Assembly (NCBI GenBank): GCA_964349035.1
Contig: CAYGEV010000001.1
Span: forward strand, 1-25,267
DNA: 25,267 nt
Source: an uncultured Candidatus Saccharibacteria bacterium
Lineage (GTDB): Bacteria > Patescibacteriota > Minisyncoccia > Phycocordibacterales > Phycocordibacteraceae
Direction of reading: 5' to 3'
Shown here: positions 1 through 8,616 of the stretch, piece by piece
Position numbering within the stretch: position 1 is the stretch's first letter
Layout: the number at the start of each line of letters is the position of its first letter
Notes under the pieces: generated by a model
What the model saw: the letters and a program-made list of their open reading frames with translations, nothing else
The model's database searches: none
What the model was told of the DNA's origin: nothing
Made by a program: the position numbers and the translations under genes

Positions 1-46
1 GTAGTGTACCATAATATGCACTCATCCCCCTCGGGGGAGGGATATT

Positions 47-1084
47 ATGCGACTCCTTATTGTTACTCAAACGGTTGATAGAAAGGACTCAACACTTGGG
101 TATTATCATCGGTGGCTTACCGAGCTTGCAGAGCGCTTTGAAAACATAATCGTGTTTTCACTACGAGTGGGAGAATACGATCTTCCTCACAATGTTTCTG
201 TCGTACAAATTCGTCCATGGGGGTATCGCGCACGAGTACGTACGGCACTACGCGTGCTTCGTCTTGCATGGAAGTATCGTGGCGAGTATGATGCCGTGTT
301 GGTGCACATGAACCAGGAATATCTTCTTGTCGCTGGGTGGCTGTGGAAAGCGCTTGTGAAGAAGATATATTTTTGGCGCAATCATTATGAGGGAACGTTT
401 CTTACCGACGTCGCTTCATTCTTTTGCGATAAGATTTTCTATACATCGAAATCGTCCTACACGGCGAAGTATGTACGTGCGGTACAAATGCCGGTTGGGG
501 TCGACGTGGATTCGTGCCATCTTGATGAGCCAATACCGCGCGTCCCGCGTTCGATACTATTTCTTGGTAGATTTGACTCTTCAAAGCGTCCCGATCTACT
601 TGTTGATGCCCTCGGGAAACTTTCTTCACGCGGAGAGTCTTTCACGGCTTCATTTGTTGGTGGACCGAGCGATCACGACCCATCCTTTCCTGAAAAGGTT
701 GCGCGCCGCGCAAAAGAGATCGGCCTTGAAGGCAAGGTGTCTTTCGTTGGTCCGGTACCGAACACTGATACGTATACATATTATCGTTCGCATGCGCTGT
801 ATGTAAATTGCGGGAAGAGCGGAATGTTTGATAAATCTCTTTTTAAATCAATCGCGTGCGGATGCCTTCCACTCTTTGCGAGTAGGGATATGGCAGAGAT
901 TGTTGGAACCACGTTTCAATACAAGGACGGAGACGCAGATGATCTGGCCTCCCGCCTCTCATGGGCGCTCGCCTTACCTCAAAAAGATCGTGAAGAATAT
1001 GTGAAGACACAACAAGCTCAAACAATAGACGCACATTCGCTACCTGTCCTCGCTAGGCGACTCGCAGAAGAAATAACAACATGA
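47..1084 (+). CDS. GT4 (GT-B fold) glycosyltransferase
   Basis: 345 aa. C-terminal GT4 elements ILFLGRFDSSKRPDLL, FVGPVP and DKSLFKSIACG. GGAGG at 36-40 upstream of the ATG; stop overlaps the next start (ATGA). Confidence 0.88.
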   Translation: MRLLIVTQTVDRKDSTLGYYHRWLTELAERFENIIVFSLRVGEYDLPHNVSVVQIRPWGYRARVRTALRVLRLAWKYRGEYDAVLVHMNQEYLLVAGWLWKALVKKIYFWRNHYEGTFLTDVASFFCDKIFYTSKSSYTAKYVRAVQMPVGVDVDSCHLDEPIPRVPRSILFLGRFDSSKRPDLLVDALGKLSSRGESFTASFVGGPSDHDPSFPEKVARRAKEIGLEGKVSFVGPVPNTDTYTYYRSHALYVNCGKSGMFDKSLFKSIACGCLPLFASRDMAEIVGTTFQYKDGDADDLASRLSWALALPQKDREEYVKTQQAQTIDAHSLPVLARRLAEEITT

Positions 1085-2208
1085 AAGCACTTTTTATCTC
1101 AAACGATCCGAATATATTCGACACAACAAGCGCGGTTCGAGCGCGTATGCGCCTGTATGCGAAAGAAATAGGTGAGCTCCATATTGCTTCCGTGGCACGC
1201 ACGGGGGCGCGCGCAGAACAAGAAGAGGGACTCTTTTTGTACCCCGTGCACGCATCAAGACTTTTCCGTGTTCGCGCGTTTACGGCGCTCGCTCGCTCGA
1301 TTATCGCTGAACGGGGTATCGAAGTGGTATCAGCACAAGACCCTTTTGAGCACGGGCTCGCCGCACTTAAAGCAACTCAAGGGACACTCGCAAAACTCCA
1401 TATCCAAGTACACACAGACTTTCTTTCGCCTTGGTTTATTAAGCGGGGTAACTGGAGAAGTCCGTCGGTACGAATGCCATTTCTTAATCGATATCGGCTC
1501 CGTCTCGCCGACCGCATTCTCCCGCAAGCGAGCGGTATTCGTGTTGTCTCGGAGCGAATAAAAGAGTCTCTTATTGCAAAGTACGGTAAGAGTATAGTTG
1601 ACCCAGTCGTTATTCCAGCAGGAATGTCTTCTGAAACACCCGAGCCGGTACGACTGCCTGAACATCCACACTTTACCTTTGCTCTTATTGCGGTTGGACG
1701 GCTCGAGCCGGAAAAGCGCATCGAGGATATTCTCGCGGCACTCAAGCTTGTACGCGCACACTACTCAACGGTAGGGCTCTTTATTGTCGGAGAGGGGAGG
1801 GAGCGAAAGCGACTTGAGCGAATGGTGCGCCAGCTTGGTCTCCAGAACCACGTATTCTTCCTTGGGCAACGTAGTGATGCGCGAGGGCTTATGCAGAGCG
1901 CACACGCGTTTATTCAAGCAAGTGCGTATGAGGGATACGGCTTCACGCTTATCGAAGCGGCGCTTGCAAAGGTGCCGATTATCACCACGGACGTGGGAAT
2001 AGTCGGTGAAGTGTTTAAGGGATATGAAGACGTTCTCTCCGTCCCGGTCGCAGACCCGACAGCTCTCTCGCTCAGTATCGTTGGTATTCTTGAAGATACG
2101 CGTGTTCGCCTTGAGCTACCACTACACGCTGAAGCGACGGTACTCGCGCACCTGGGCTCCGTAGGCAATACTCCGGAGCGGATTGCGGAGGATCTTTCGC
2201 GTATATAG
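1081..2208 (+). CDS. GT4 glycosyltransferase
   Basis: 375 aa. VGRLEPEKRIE and a canonical EX7E motif EGYGFTLIEAALA, followed by IITTDVG. Confidence 0.92.
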   Translation: MKALFISNDPNIFDTTSAVRARMRLYAKEIGELHIASVARTGARAEQEEGLFLYPVHASRLFRVRAFTALARSIIAERGIEVVSAQDPFEHGLAALKATQGTLAKLHIQVHTDFLSPWFIKRGNWRSPSVRMPFLNRYRLRLADRILPQASGIRVVSERIKESLIAKYGKSIVDPVVIPAGMSSETPEPVRLPEHPHFTFALIAVGRLEPEKRIEDILAALKLVRAHYSTVGLFIVGEGRERKRLERMVRQLGLQNHVFFLGQRSDARGLMQSAHAFIQASAYEGYGFTLIEAALAKVPIITTDVGIVGEVFKGYEDVLSVPVADPTALSLSIVGILEDTRVRLELPLHAEATVLAHLGSVGNTPERIAEDLSRI

Positions 2209-2212
2209 CCGT

Positions 2213-3337
2213 ATGACAAAGCGACTTCTCTACATTGCGAATGTTCGACTTCCCACCGAGAAGGCACACGGTATCCAGATAATGGAGATGTGCGCCGCTT
2301 TCGCGGACCAAGGTCTTTCGGTAGAGCTTGTCATCCCCAGGAGGTACAACTTTATGAAAGAAGATCCGTTTGAGTATCATGATATTCGTCGTATTTTTCC
2401 TATCAGAAAGATACCAAGCGTTACTCCCCTTTGGCTTGGCTCGGTGGGGTACTTCCTAGGACTCGTGACCTTCGGGGTAAGTGCGGGAATCTTCTCGCTC
2501 TTTCAGAAGGATGCTCTTTTCTACACGCGAGATGAGTTTATCGCGCTTTGTCTGCGCTTGTGTGGGAGGCGCGTTGTGTGGGAAGGGCACACCGGACAAC
2601 GAAACAGTATTGTGCGAATACTCATTCGCCTCGGCGTCCCTTTTGTTGTTATTACTACAGCGCTCAAAGATTTGTATGTCTCGTTTGGCGTAGAGCCGGC
2701 GAATATTCTGGTTGCCCCAGACGGAGCAGATATTACACGCTTCAATATTCCACTCACGCAGGCCGACGCACGTAAAGAGCTTTGCCTCCCGCTTGATAAA
2801 ACCGTTGTGCTCTACAAGGGGCACCTCTACGAACAGAAGGGCGCACACACCATTGCGCGAGCAGCGCCACTTCTTGTGGGGAAGGCGGAGCTCGTATTTA
2901 TCGGTGGCAACGAGCCAGACGTTGAGGCGTTTAAGAAAGAGTTTGACGCATATGAAAACGTACACATTCTCGGCAATAAGCCCCGCCGAGAGACGCCAAT
3001 TTACCAGAAGGCCGCAGACTTTCTCGTTATTCCCAATAGTGCAAAGGACGACGTGTCGAAGCTCTACACTTCACCCATGAAGCTCTTTGGTTATATGGCA
3101 AGTGGCGTGCCGATTATTGCGTCAGACCTGCCGTCGCTCCGCGAGATCCTCGACGAGTCTCTGGTGTATTTCTTTACCCCAGACTCTCCAGAGAGTTTTG
3201 CGGAAGTGCTTGTGCGGGCGCTGGCTACTCCTGAGGAATCAAAGAAGAAAGGAGAGGCGACTCTCGTGCTCGCTGGCGAGCACTCGTGGCAGAAGCGAGC
3301 GGAAAGTATCACAGAGTTTATGGAAAGAATCTCATAG
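2213..3337 (+). CDS. GT4 glycosyltransferase
   Basis: Start moved from the TTG at 2183 to the ATG at 2213, just after the upstream stop. Motifs LYKGHLYEQKG and TSPMKLFGYMASGVPIIASDLP. Confidence 0.9.
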   Translation: MTKRLLYIANVRLPTEKAHGIQIMEMCAAFADQGLSVELVIPRRYNFMKEDPFEYHDIRRIFPIRKIPSVTPLWLGSVGYFLGLVTFGVSAGIFSLFQKDALFYTRDEFIALCLRLCGRRVVWEGHTGQRNSIVRILIRLGVPFVVITTALKDLYVSFGVEPANILVAPDGADITRFNIPLTQADARKELCLPLDKTVVLYKGHLYEQKGAHTIARAAPLLVGKAELVFIGGNEPDVEAFKKEFDAYENVHILGNKPRRETPIYQKAADFLVIPNSAKDDVSKLYTSPMKLFGYMASGVPIIASDLPSLREILDESLVYFFTPDSPESFAEVLVRALATPEESKKKGEATLVLAGEHSWQKRAESITEFMERIS

Positions 3338-3340
3338 TAT

Positions 3341-4105
3341 ATGATACGAACTTTTGTCTGGTGGATACTGTATGTCCTATCGAAGATGATCACGCATCGC
3401 CCGCGTATGACGGTGCTCTTGTACCACTCGATTTCAAATTCATCTGATTTTTTTGCGGTATCGCCAGACATGTTTGAGAGACAGATGCAGTATATTGCAA
3501 AGTACGGCGCTCCCGTGCCTCTCTCTCGCGCGTTCGCACACGCGCAAGGAGATGCAGTCACTCGCGATAGTGTAGCGATTACGTTTGACGATGGATATAA
3601 AGATTTTGTTACAAACGCACTTCCGATACTTGAAAAGTACAATATTCCCGCGACCGTTTTCCTGCTCAGCGGCATGCCGAGTCGAGCTGATCTTGGCAAT
3701 GACCACTCACTGCTTACCACGCACGACGCAAAAGAGCTGAGGAACCCTCTCGTTACCATAGGGAGTCACGGGGCGACGCACCGAAAGATTACGAAGCTTT
3801 CGGATAGTGATGCTGAGCAAGAGCTTGTGGGGTCACGCACAGATATTGAAAAGATGTTCGGCGTGTTACCCACGTACTTCGCCTACCCGAAGGGGAGCTT
3901 CAACAAAGTAGTGGCAGAACATGCTCGTGAGACGGAGTATGCAGGGGCAGTGACGGTCATTGAGCGCGGGGTGCGCGCAGGGGACTCTTTGTTTATGCTC
4001 CCGCGCGTACAGGTAGATTCCCGCACAACAGAAACCATCTTCAAAGCAAAGCTTTCAAAGACTGCAGATTGGTATTACCAGCTTTGGTCGCTACAAGGGA
4101 AGTAG
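3341..4105 (+). CDS. Polysaccharide deacetylase (CE4/NodB-homology, IcaB/PgaB-like)
   Basis: VLLYHSI, motif 1 ITFDDG, metal-binding SHGATH, FAYPKG and LPRV. Confidence 0.9.
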   Translation: MIRTFVWWILYVLSKMITHRPRMTVLLYHSISNSSDFFAVSPDMFERQMQYIAKYGAPVPLSRAFAHAQGDAVTRDSVAITFDDGYKDFVTNALPILEKYNIPATVFLLSGMPSRADLGNDHSLLTTHDAKELRNPLVTIGSHGATHRKITKLSDSDAEQELVGSRTDIEKMFGVLPTYFAYPKGSFNKVVAEHARETEYAGAVTVIERGVRAGDSLFMLPRVQVDSRTTETIFKAKLSKTADWYYQLWSLQGK

Positions 4106-4120
4106 GATACTATACAAAGT

Positions 4121-4771
4121 ATGTTTTGGAAGACTTGGACACAGGTATTGCGAGGGAAGACCCTTATGCGTGCCTTTATGAATACGGCGCTTACGCGTTT
4201 TACCCTTGAATCAGGAAAGGTGGTGGATTTGGGCGGGGGGCGCAACCCAAGCTATCTTCAGTTTATCCAGGGGGCATCTGGTGCCACGATTGAGAACATC
4301 GACACCCAGTATGGTGAGGGGAAAGCGCGAGAGATAGATTTTGAAAAAGATCCGTTACCGTATGCAGATAACAGCGTTGACCAGGCGCTTATGCTAAACG
4401 TGCTTGAGCATATCTACAATCACAACTTTTTTATGAGCGAAGCATTTCGTATTTTAAAACCAAAGGAAAGGATTATTGGATTTGTACCGTTTTTAATCAA
4501 CTATCATGCAGATCCGCATGACTATTTCCGTTATACGGACGAAGCGCTTAAAAAGATTTGTTCTAATGCCGGATTTAGTGAGGTAGTAGTTGAGCCACTC
4601 GGGAAGGGGCCTTTTACGGTCAACTGCAACACGCTTGCATCGTTTCTACCCCGCATATTTATTGTGCTTTTGTGGCCATGTTCATATATACTTGACTCAA
4701 TACTCATTGCAGTAAAGCCCAGTATGAAAAAGCGTTTCCCGCTCGGCTACCTGTTTATTCTTACGAAGTAA
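4121..4771 (+). CDS. Class I SAM-dependent methyltransferase (Methyltransf_11-like)
   Basis: VVDLGGG motif I, LPYADNSVD, NVLEHI, and HADPHDYFRYT typical of glycan-cluster methyltransferases. Confidence 0.85.
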   Translation: MFWKTWTQVLRGKTLMRAFMNTALTRFTLESGKVVDLGGGRNPSYLQFIQGASGATIENIDTQYGEGKAREIDFEKDPLPYADNSVDQALMLNVLEHIYNHNFFMSEAFRILKPKERIIGFVPFLINYHADPHDYFRYTDEALKKICSNAGFSEVVVEPLGKGPFTVNCNTLASFLPRIFIVLLWPCSYILDSILIAVKPSMKKRFPLGYLFILTK

Positions 4772-4776
4772 CTTCT

Positions 4777-5598
4777 ATGGAAAAGATTCCTTGTTCAGTC
4801 GCGATGCTTACCTATAACTCTGGGAAGACGCTTCGGCGCGCTCTTGAGAGCGTGAAAGATTTTGACGACATTATCTTGTATGATGGCGATTCGACTGATG
4901 ATACACGCATAATTGCTACGGAATACGGTGCACGAGTCATCCCTCAGGATATGAAGCATCGCTACCCGGATGGCAAGCTCTCTGATGGAGGTGGGGCGCG
5001 CAACGCCATGATGGCGGAGGCGAAATATGATTGGTATTTGTGGATGGATTCCGACGAGAGTATTTCAGAGGGGCTCCGTGACGATATTGTTGACATTGTC
5101 CGTACCGCGCTTACCGAGGGAAGCCCCCTTGCCTACAGGGTGCCTATTTGTATTTGGATTGATGGGCGTCCTATCAAGTATTCTTCTAATTATCCTGGGT
5201 ATCAATTCCGGTTTTTTAATAAAAAAAGTGGTGGGCACCTTACCAAGCGTGTCCACAATAAGATTAAGTTTGATTCGGGAACCATCATCGGAACCCTTAA
5301 AAATCCCTGGTATGTATTTCACGAACTGAAAGATTATAAAGCTTGGGGTGCCGAATGGAAACATTATCGGCGAGTAGAAATTGAAGAGGCAGCGAAACGT
5401 CCACTCGGTAGTTTTCTTTATTTTATATATTGGCACGCGCGTACCTCGGTGGGGATGACAGTAAAAGCGCTCTACAACTACCTGCGACACGGCTTTCGCG
5501 ACACGATGCCCATTTCTGCCGAGCTTGCTAGGATTTTGAGTCCCCTCGTACTCATTTTCAATTCTACCGCGTATCGCGTTCGCAAGTATTTCTCTTGA
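4777..5598 (+). CDS. GT2 glycosyltransferase, WaaE/KdtX/LgtF-like
   Basis: VAMLTYNSGKTLRRALESV, DGDSTDDT, ARN, and DxD motif WMDSDE. Confidence 0.85.
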   Translation: MEKIPCSVAMLTYNSGKTLRRALESVKDFDDIILYDGDSTDDTRIIATEYGARVIPQDMKHRYPDGKLSDGGGARNAMMAEAKYDWYLWMDSDESISEGLRDDIVDIVRTALTEGSPLAYRVPICIWIDGRPIKYSSNYPGYQFRFFNKKSGGHLTKRVHNKIKFDSGTIIGTLKNPWYVFHELKDYKAWGAEWKHYRRVEIEEAAKRPLGSFLYFIYWHARTSVGMTVKALYNYLRHGFRDTMPISAELARILSPLVLIFNSTAYRVRKYFS

Positions 5599-5622
5599 AG
5601 TCCACAGATTTTCTGGTACGAT
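5595..5622 (+). promoter_or_regulatory. Putative sigma70 promoter for the 5632 gene
   Basis: TTGAAG (5595-5600), 16-nt spacer, extended -10 TGgTACGAT (5614-5622), 9 nt before the ATG. Confidence 0.55.
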
Positions 5623-5631
5623 ATCTGTAAT

Positions 5632-6687
5632 ATGCCTGTCCAAGAGTCTTTTACTCAATATGCTGAAAAGATAGAGGGCAAGACCATCCTCGTCACCGGT
5701 GGTACGGGTTCGTTCGGTATGGCAGTTACTGAAGCGCTTTTAAAACTGTCACCGAAGAAGATAATTGTATTTAGTCGTGACGAGCAGAAGCAGTTCGATA
5801 TGGGAAATCGTTTTAATGATGTTCGTCTCGAGTTCATTATCGGAGACGTGCGTGAACGCCAGACCGTTGATCACGCCATGGCAGGAGTTGACTATGTCTT
5901 TCATGCAGCAGCACTTAAACAGGTGGTAACGGGCGAATTCTTCCCCCTTGAGCTCGTGAAGACAAACGTGCTCGGAAGTAATAACGTCATTCATAGTGCG
6001 ATTGACCACGGCGTTAAGCGCGTCGTGCTCCTCTCAACCGATAAGGCAAGCTCACCGACCTGCGCCATGGGTATGACCAAGGCGTTGATGGAACGCATAA
6101 TGATTGCCACTGCGCATCGCGGAGAAGGGAAAACCATCGTTTGCGCGACGCGCTATGGTAACGTCTTGTATACTCGTGGCTCGGTTATCCCGTACCTTGT
6201 TGATCGTATAAAAAACAAGAAGACACTCACCATCACCGATCCGCGTATGACGCGCTTCTTCATGACCATTGACCAGTCGCTCGACTTAGTTCTCTTCGCT
6301 CTCACGAGTGGTAGCCCTGGCGAGATTTATGTACGCAAAGCGCCCGCGACGACTATTGAGAGCCTTGTTTCTGCAGTGGCAGAGATTTTCTCCTACCAGA
6401 CGCCAGTAGAAGAGATTGGTGCGCGCCCGGGAGAGAAAGTAGACGAATTCCTTATATCGCGCGAGGAGCAGGCGCGCGCCACTGATCACGGCGATTATTA
6501 CAGCATCTCGCCTGAAATATCAAAACAAGAGTATCCCGGATACTACTTCAAAGGGAAAAAGAAGACCGAGATTTCCCCAGACGGCTACAGCTCGCTGAAT
6601 GCAAAGCGCTTCTCAAAGGACGAAGTGAAGGAATTACTCCTTTCCCTCCCACAGATCCAAGATGAACTTTCTGCGTACACACGATGA
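5632..6687 (+). CDS. fnlA: UDP-GlcNAc 4,6-dehydratase, CapE/FnlA/WbjB type (Polysacc_synt_2)
   Basis: TGGTGSFG, SRDEQKQ, HAAALKQV..EFFP, STDKA, MxxxK (AMGMTK) in place of YxxxK, RYGNVLYTRGSVIP, RPGEK. Confidence 0.8.
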   Translation: MPVQESFTQYAEKIEGKTILVTGGTGSFGMAVTEALLKLSPKKIIVFSRDEQKQFDMGNRFNDVRLEFIIGDVRERQTVDHAMAGVDYVFHAAALKQVVTGEFFPLELVKTNVLGSNNVIHSAIDHGVKRVVLLSTDKASSPTCAMGMTKALMERIMIATAHRGEGKTIVCATRYGNVLYTRGSVIPYLVDRIKNKKTLTITDPRMTRFFMTIDQSLDLVLFALTSGSPGEIYVRKAPATTIESLVSAVAEIFSYQTPVEEIGARPGEKVDEFLISREEQARATDHGDYYSISPEISKQEYPGYYFKGKKKTEISPDGYSSLNAKRFSKDEVKELLLSLPQIQDELSAYTR

Positions 6688-7355
6688 AGGTACTTATATC
6701 CTTTTTAAAAACCCTTGTTAAGCTCGTTCTTGGTAAGGGCGTCGTGACCTCATATGGGCACCAAGGCGAAGATGCTGTGCTCCAGGCGGCGCTTAAGTGG
6801 GTTAAGAAGGGTACCTACGTCGACGTAGGGGCATATCACCCCGTATTGTATTCAAATACCTATGTATTTTATAAAAGGGGGTGGCAGGGGATTGTCATAG
6901 ACCCTAATAGCGATATGAAGCCACTCTACCGGCTTATGCGCCCACGAGACACGTTTGTCCTGTCTGCGGTCGGAGAGAAACCAGAAGAAAAGACGTATTA
7001 CATGTTCGCAGACGGTGCGTACAACAGTTTCGACGAAGGACGTGCACGAAGCTGGAAGGAGTCGCGCGGGCTTGATATTAAGGAGACACGGAGAGTCTCG
7101 TTCAAACCACTCTCTCAGATTCTCAAGGAGCAGAGTATACAGAAAATAGATTTTCTTAATATTGACGTTGAGGGGTATGACTTTGAAGTGTTAAAAACAC
7201 ATGACTGGAATATTGGGACGCGTGTTATAGCGATAGAAGACGAGACGTTTAATCCAGACGCGCCACGCGACAACGCAATTTATACGTATCTGCACGATAA
7301 GGGGTATGCGCTAGTGGGGCTTGTGGGGCTCACGCTTATTTTCAGCAAAAAATAA
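6684..7355 (+). CDS. FkbM-family methyltransferase
   Basis: YGHQGED, YVDVGAYHP...SNT, IDPN, IDFLNIDVEGYDFEVL. Confidence 0.9.
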   Translation: MKVLISFLKTLVKLVLGKGVVTSYGHQGEDAVLQAALKWVKKGTYVDVGAYHPVLYSNTYVFYKRGWQGIVIDPNSDMKPLYRLMRPRDTFVLSAVGEKPEEKTYYMFADGAYNSFDEGRARSWKESRGLDIKETRRVSFKPLSQILKEQSIQKIDFLNIDVEGYDFEVLKTHDWNIGTRVIAIEDETFNPDAPRDNAIYTYLHDKGYALVGLVGLTLIFSKK

Positions 7356-7360
7356 AAGGT

Positions 7361-8023
7361 ATGAAAAGCACGTCCAGAGAAGAGCTTATAGCAGAAGAAG
7401 CGATTCTTCATCACCCTACACGCGTGCTCGATATTGCCTACGCGCATGGGCCGAATCTTGCTCTCTCGAGAACGGGGGCAGAGCTATATGGTCTAGATCC
7501 CTTAGGGCGCTTCGCGCCACAGATACAGATCACGACGTGTGATATTAACAAAGAGCCAATTCCCTTTGGAGATGAGGAGTTTGATATGGTAACGATGGGG
7601 TGTGTGCTCTCACACACGGCACGCCCGCTCGAAGTGCTTGCCAAGATACACCGAGTCTTGAAGCCGGGCGGGACGCTTATTTTAAGCTCTCCCAACCCAC
7701 ACTACTATTGGGAGACTTTTCTCAATATCTTTTACCACCATTTTAAGAAACGAGTTTCCAAATCGAAGCATCTCGAACACTTCTTTGAGTTTACGCGGTA
7801 TACGATGCGCACAAGCTTAGAGCGTATGGGCTTCACGCTCGAAAAAGAAATCGGTTCCTCCTTCCAGCTCGTTAAGACAGGGCTCCGTTTCAACGTATCG
7901 AAATGGCCCGCGCTCGCGTTCGAAATAATATATGTCGCCAAAAAGACTGGAACTCCAGAGCTGTTTACGGTGATTGATGATGACAAGGGGAATACCGTGC
8001 GTCTACAAACAGACTTAGTATGA
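7361..8023 (+). CDS. Class I SAM methyltransferase (Methyltransf_11-like) with atypical motif I
   Basis: IPFGDEEFDMV, VLSH, RVLKPGGTLILSSPN. Motif I reads VLDIAYAHG. Confidence 0.75.
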   Translation: MKSTSREELIAEEAILHHPTRVLDIAYAHGPNLALSRTGAELYGLDPLGRFAPQIQITTCDINKEPIPFGDEEFDMVTMGCVLSHTARPLEVLAKIHRVLKPGGTLILSSPNPHYYWETFLNIFYHHFKKRVSKSKHLEHFFEFTRYTMRTSLERMGFTLEKEIGSSFQLVKTGLRFNVSKWPALAFEIIYVAKKTGTPELFTVIDDDKGNTVRLQTDLV

Positions 8024-8616
8024 ACATTCTCACTAGAGTCTTCGACTTCTTAAAGAAGAAAGATATGGAGAAACACTATCGCCAAGGAGGGTGGCGAGTG
8101 GAAGGTCCAAATGGCGAAATAGAAAAATCCAGAGAGCTCATTTCAGACAGACGATATGCTCGATGCCTTGATGTGGGAGCGGGACTCGGGCATTTTACCG
8201 AGCTTGTCTCTCTGATGTGTGACGAGGTTCTTGCGATAGATATAGCAGAAAATGCGATTTTACAGACACAGAAGCGACTTGCACATCTTAAAAATGTTCA
8301 TTTCAAGGTTCGAAACCTTCGAGAAGTTGGGGATACGCTCGGGACGTTTGACTTAATAATTCTTGCGGAAGTTCTGTATTATCTTGGGGACGAACGATTC
8401 CCAAATGATTTTAAGCGTCTATTGCAACAGATAGCTCGCATTGTTCGTCCGAACGGACGGATTCTGCTTGTAAATTATATTGCTCCATGGAGAGATGAGC
8501 AGAAATTGAGAGAGTATGAAGAGATTTTTGCTGACTCCGGACTTTCTTTGGAGAAGACGATCACGCACAGTGCTCGGGGCAAGGAGTTCCTTATTTCAGT
8601 ATTGAGGAGTCAGTAG
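8020..8616 (+). CDS. Class I SAM methyltransferase, NodS-like
   Basis: RCLDVGAGLGHFTELV, VLAIDIAENAI, FDLIILAEVLYYL resemble NodS-type methyltransferases as recalled. Confidence 0.75.
   Translation: MNILTRVFDFLKKKDMEKHYRQGGWRVEGPNGEIEKSRELISDRRYARCLDVGAGLGHFTELVSLMCDEVLAIDIAENAILQTQKRLAHLKNVHFKVRNLREVGDTLGTFDLIILAEVLYYLGDERFPNDFKRLLQQIARIVRPNGRILLVNYIAPWRDEQKLREYEEIFADSGLSLEKTITHSARGKEFLISVLRSQ

Noticed and set aside
24-43. GC hairpin TCCCCC-TC-GGGGGA overlapping the GGAGG site of the first gene
   Set aside because: Short stem with a tiny loop and no upstream context; a regulatory role cannot be supported.
3091-3759. 222-aa minus-strand ORF
   Set aside because: Antisense shadow of the GT4 and deacetylase genes; no recognisable motifs.
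5065-5658. 197-aa minus-strand ORF
   Set aside because: Antisense to the GT2 gene; no domain signal.
8591-8616. 26-bp convergent overlap between the NodS-like gene and wzx
   Set aside because: Short tail-to-tail overlaps are common in compact genomes.
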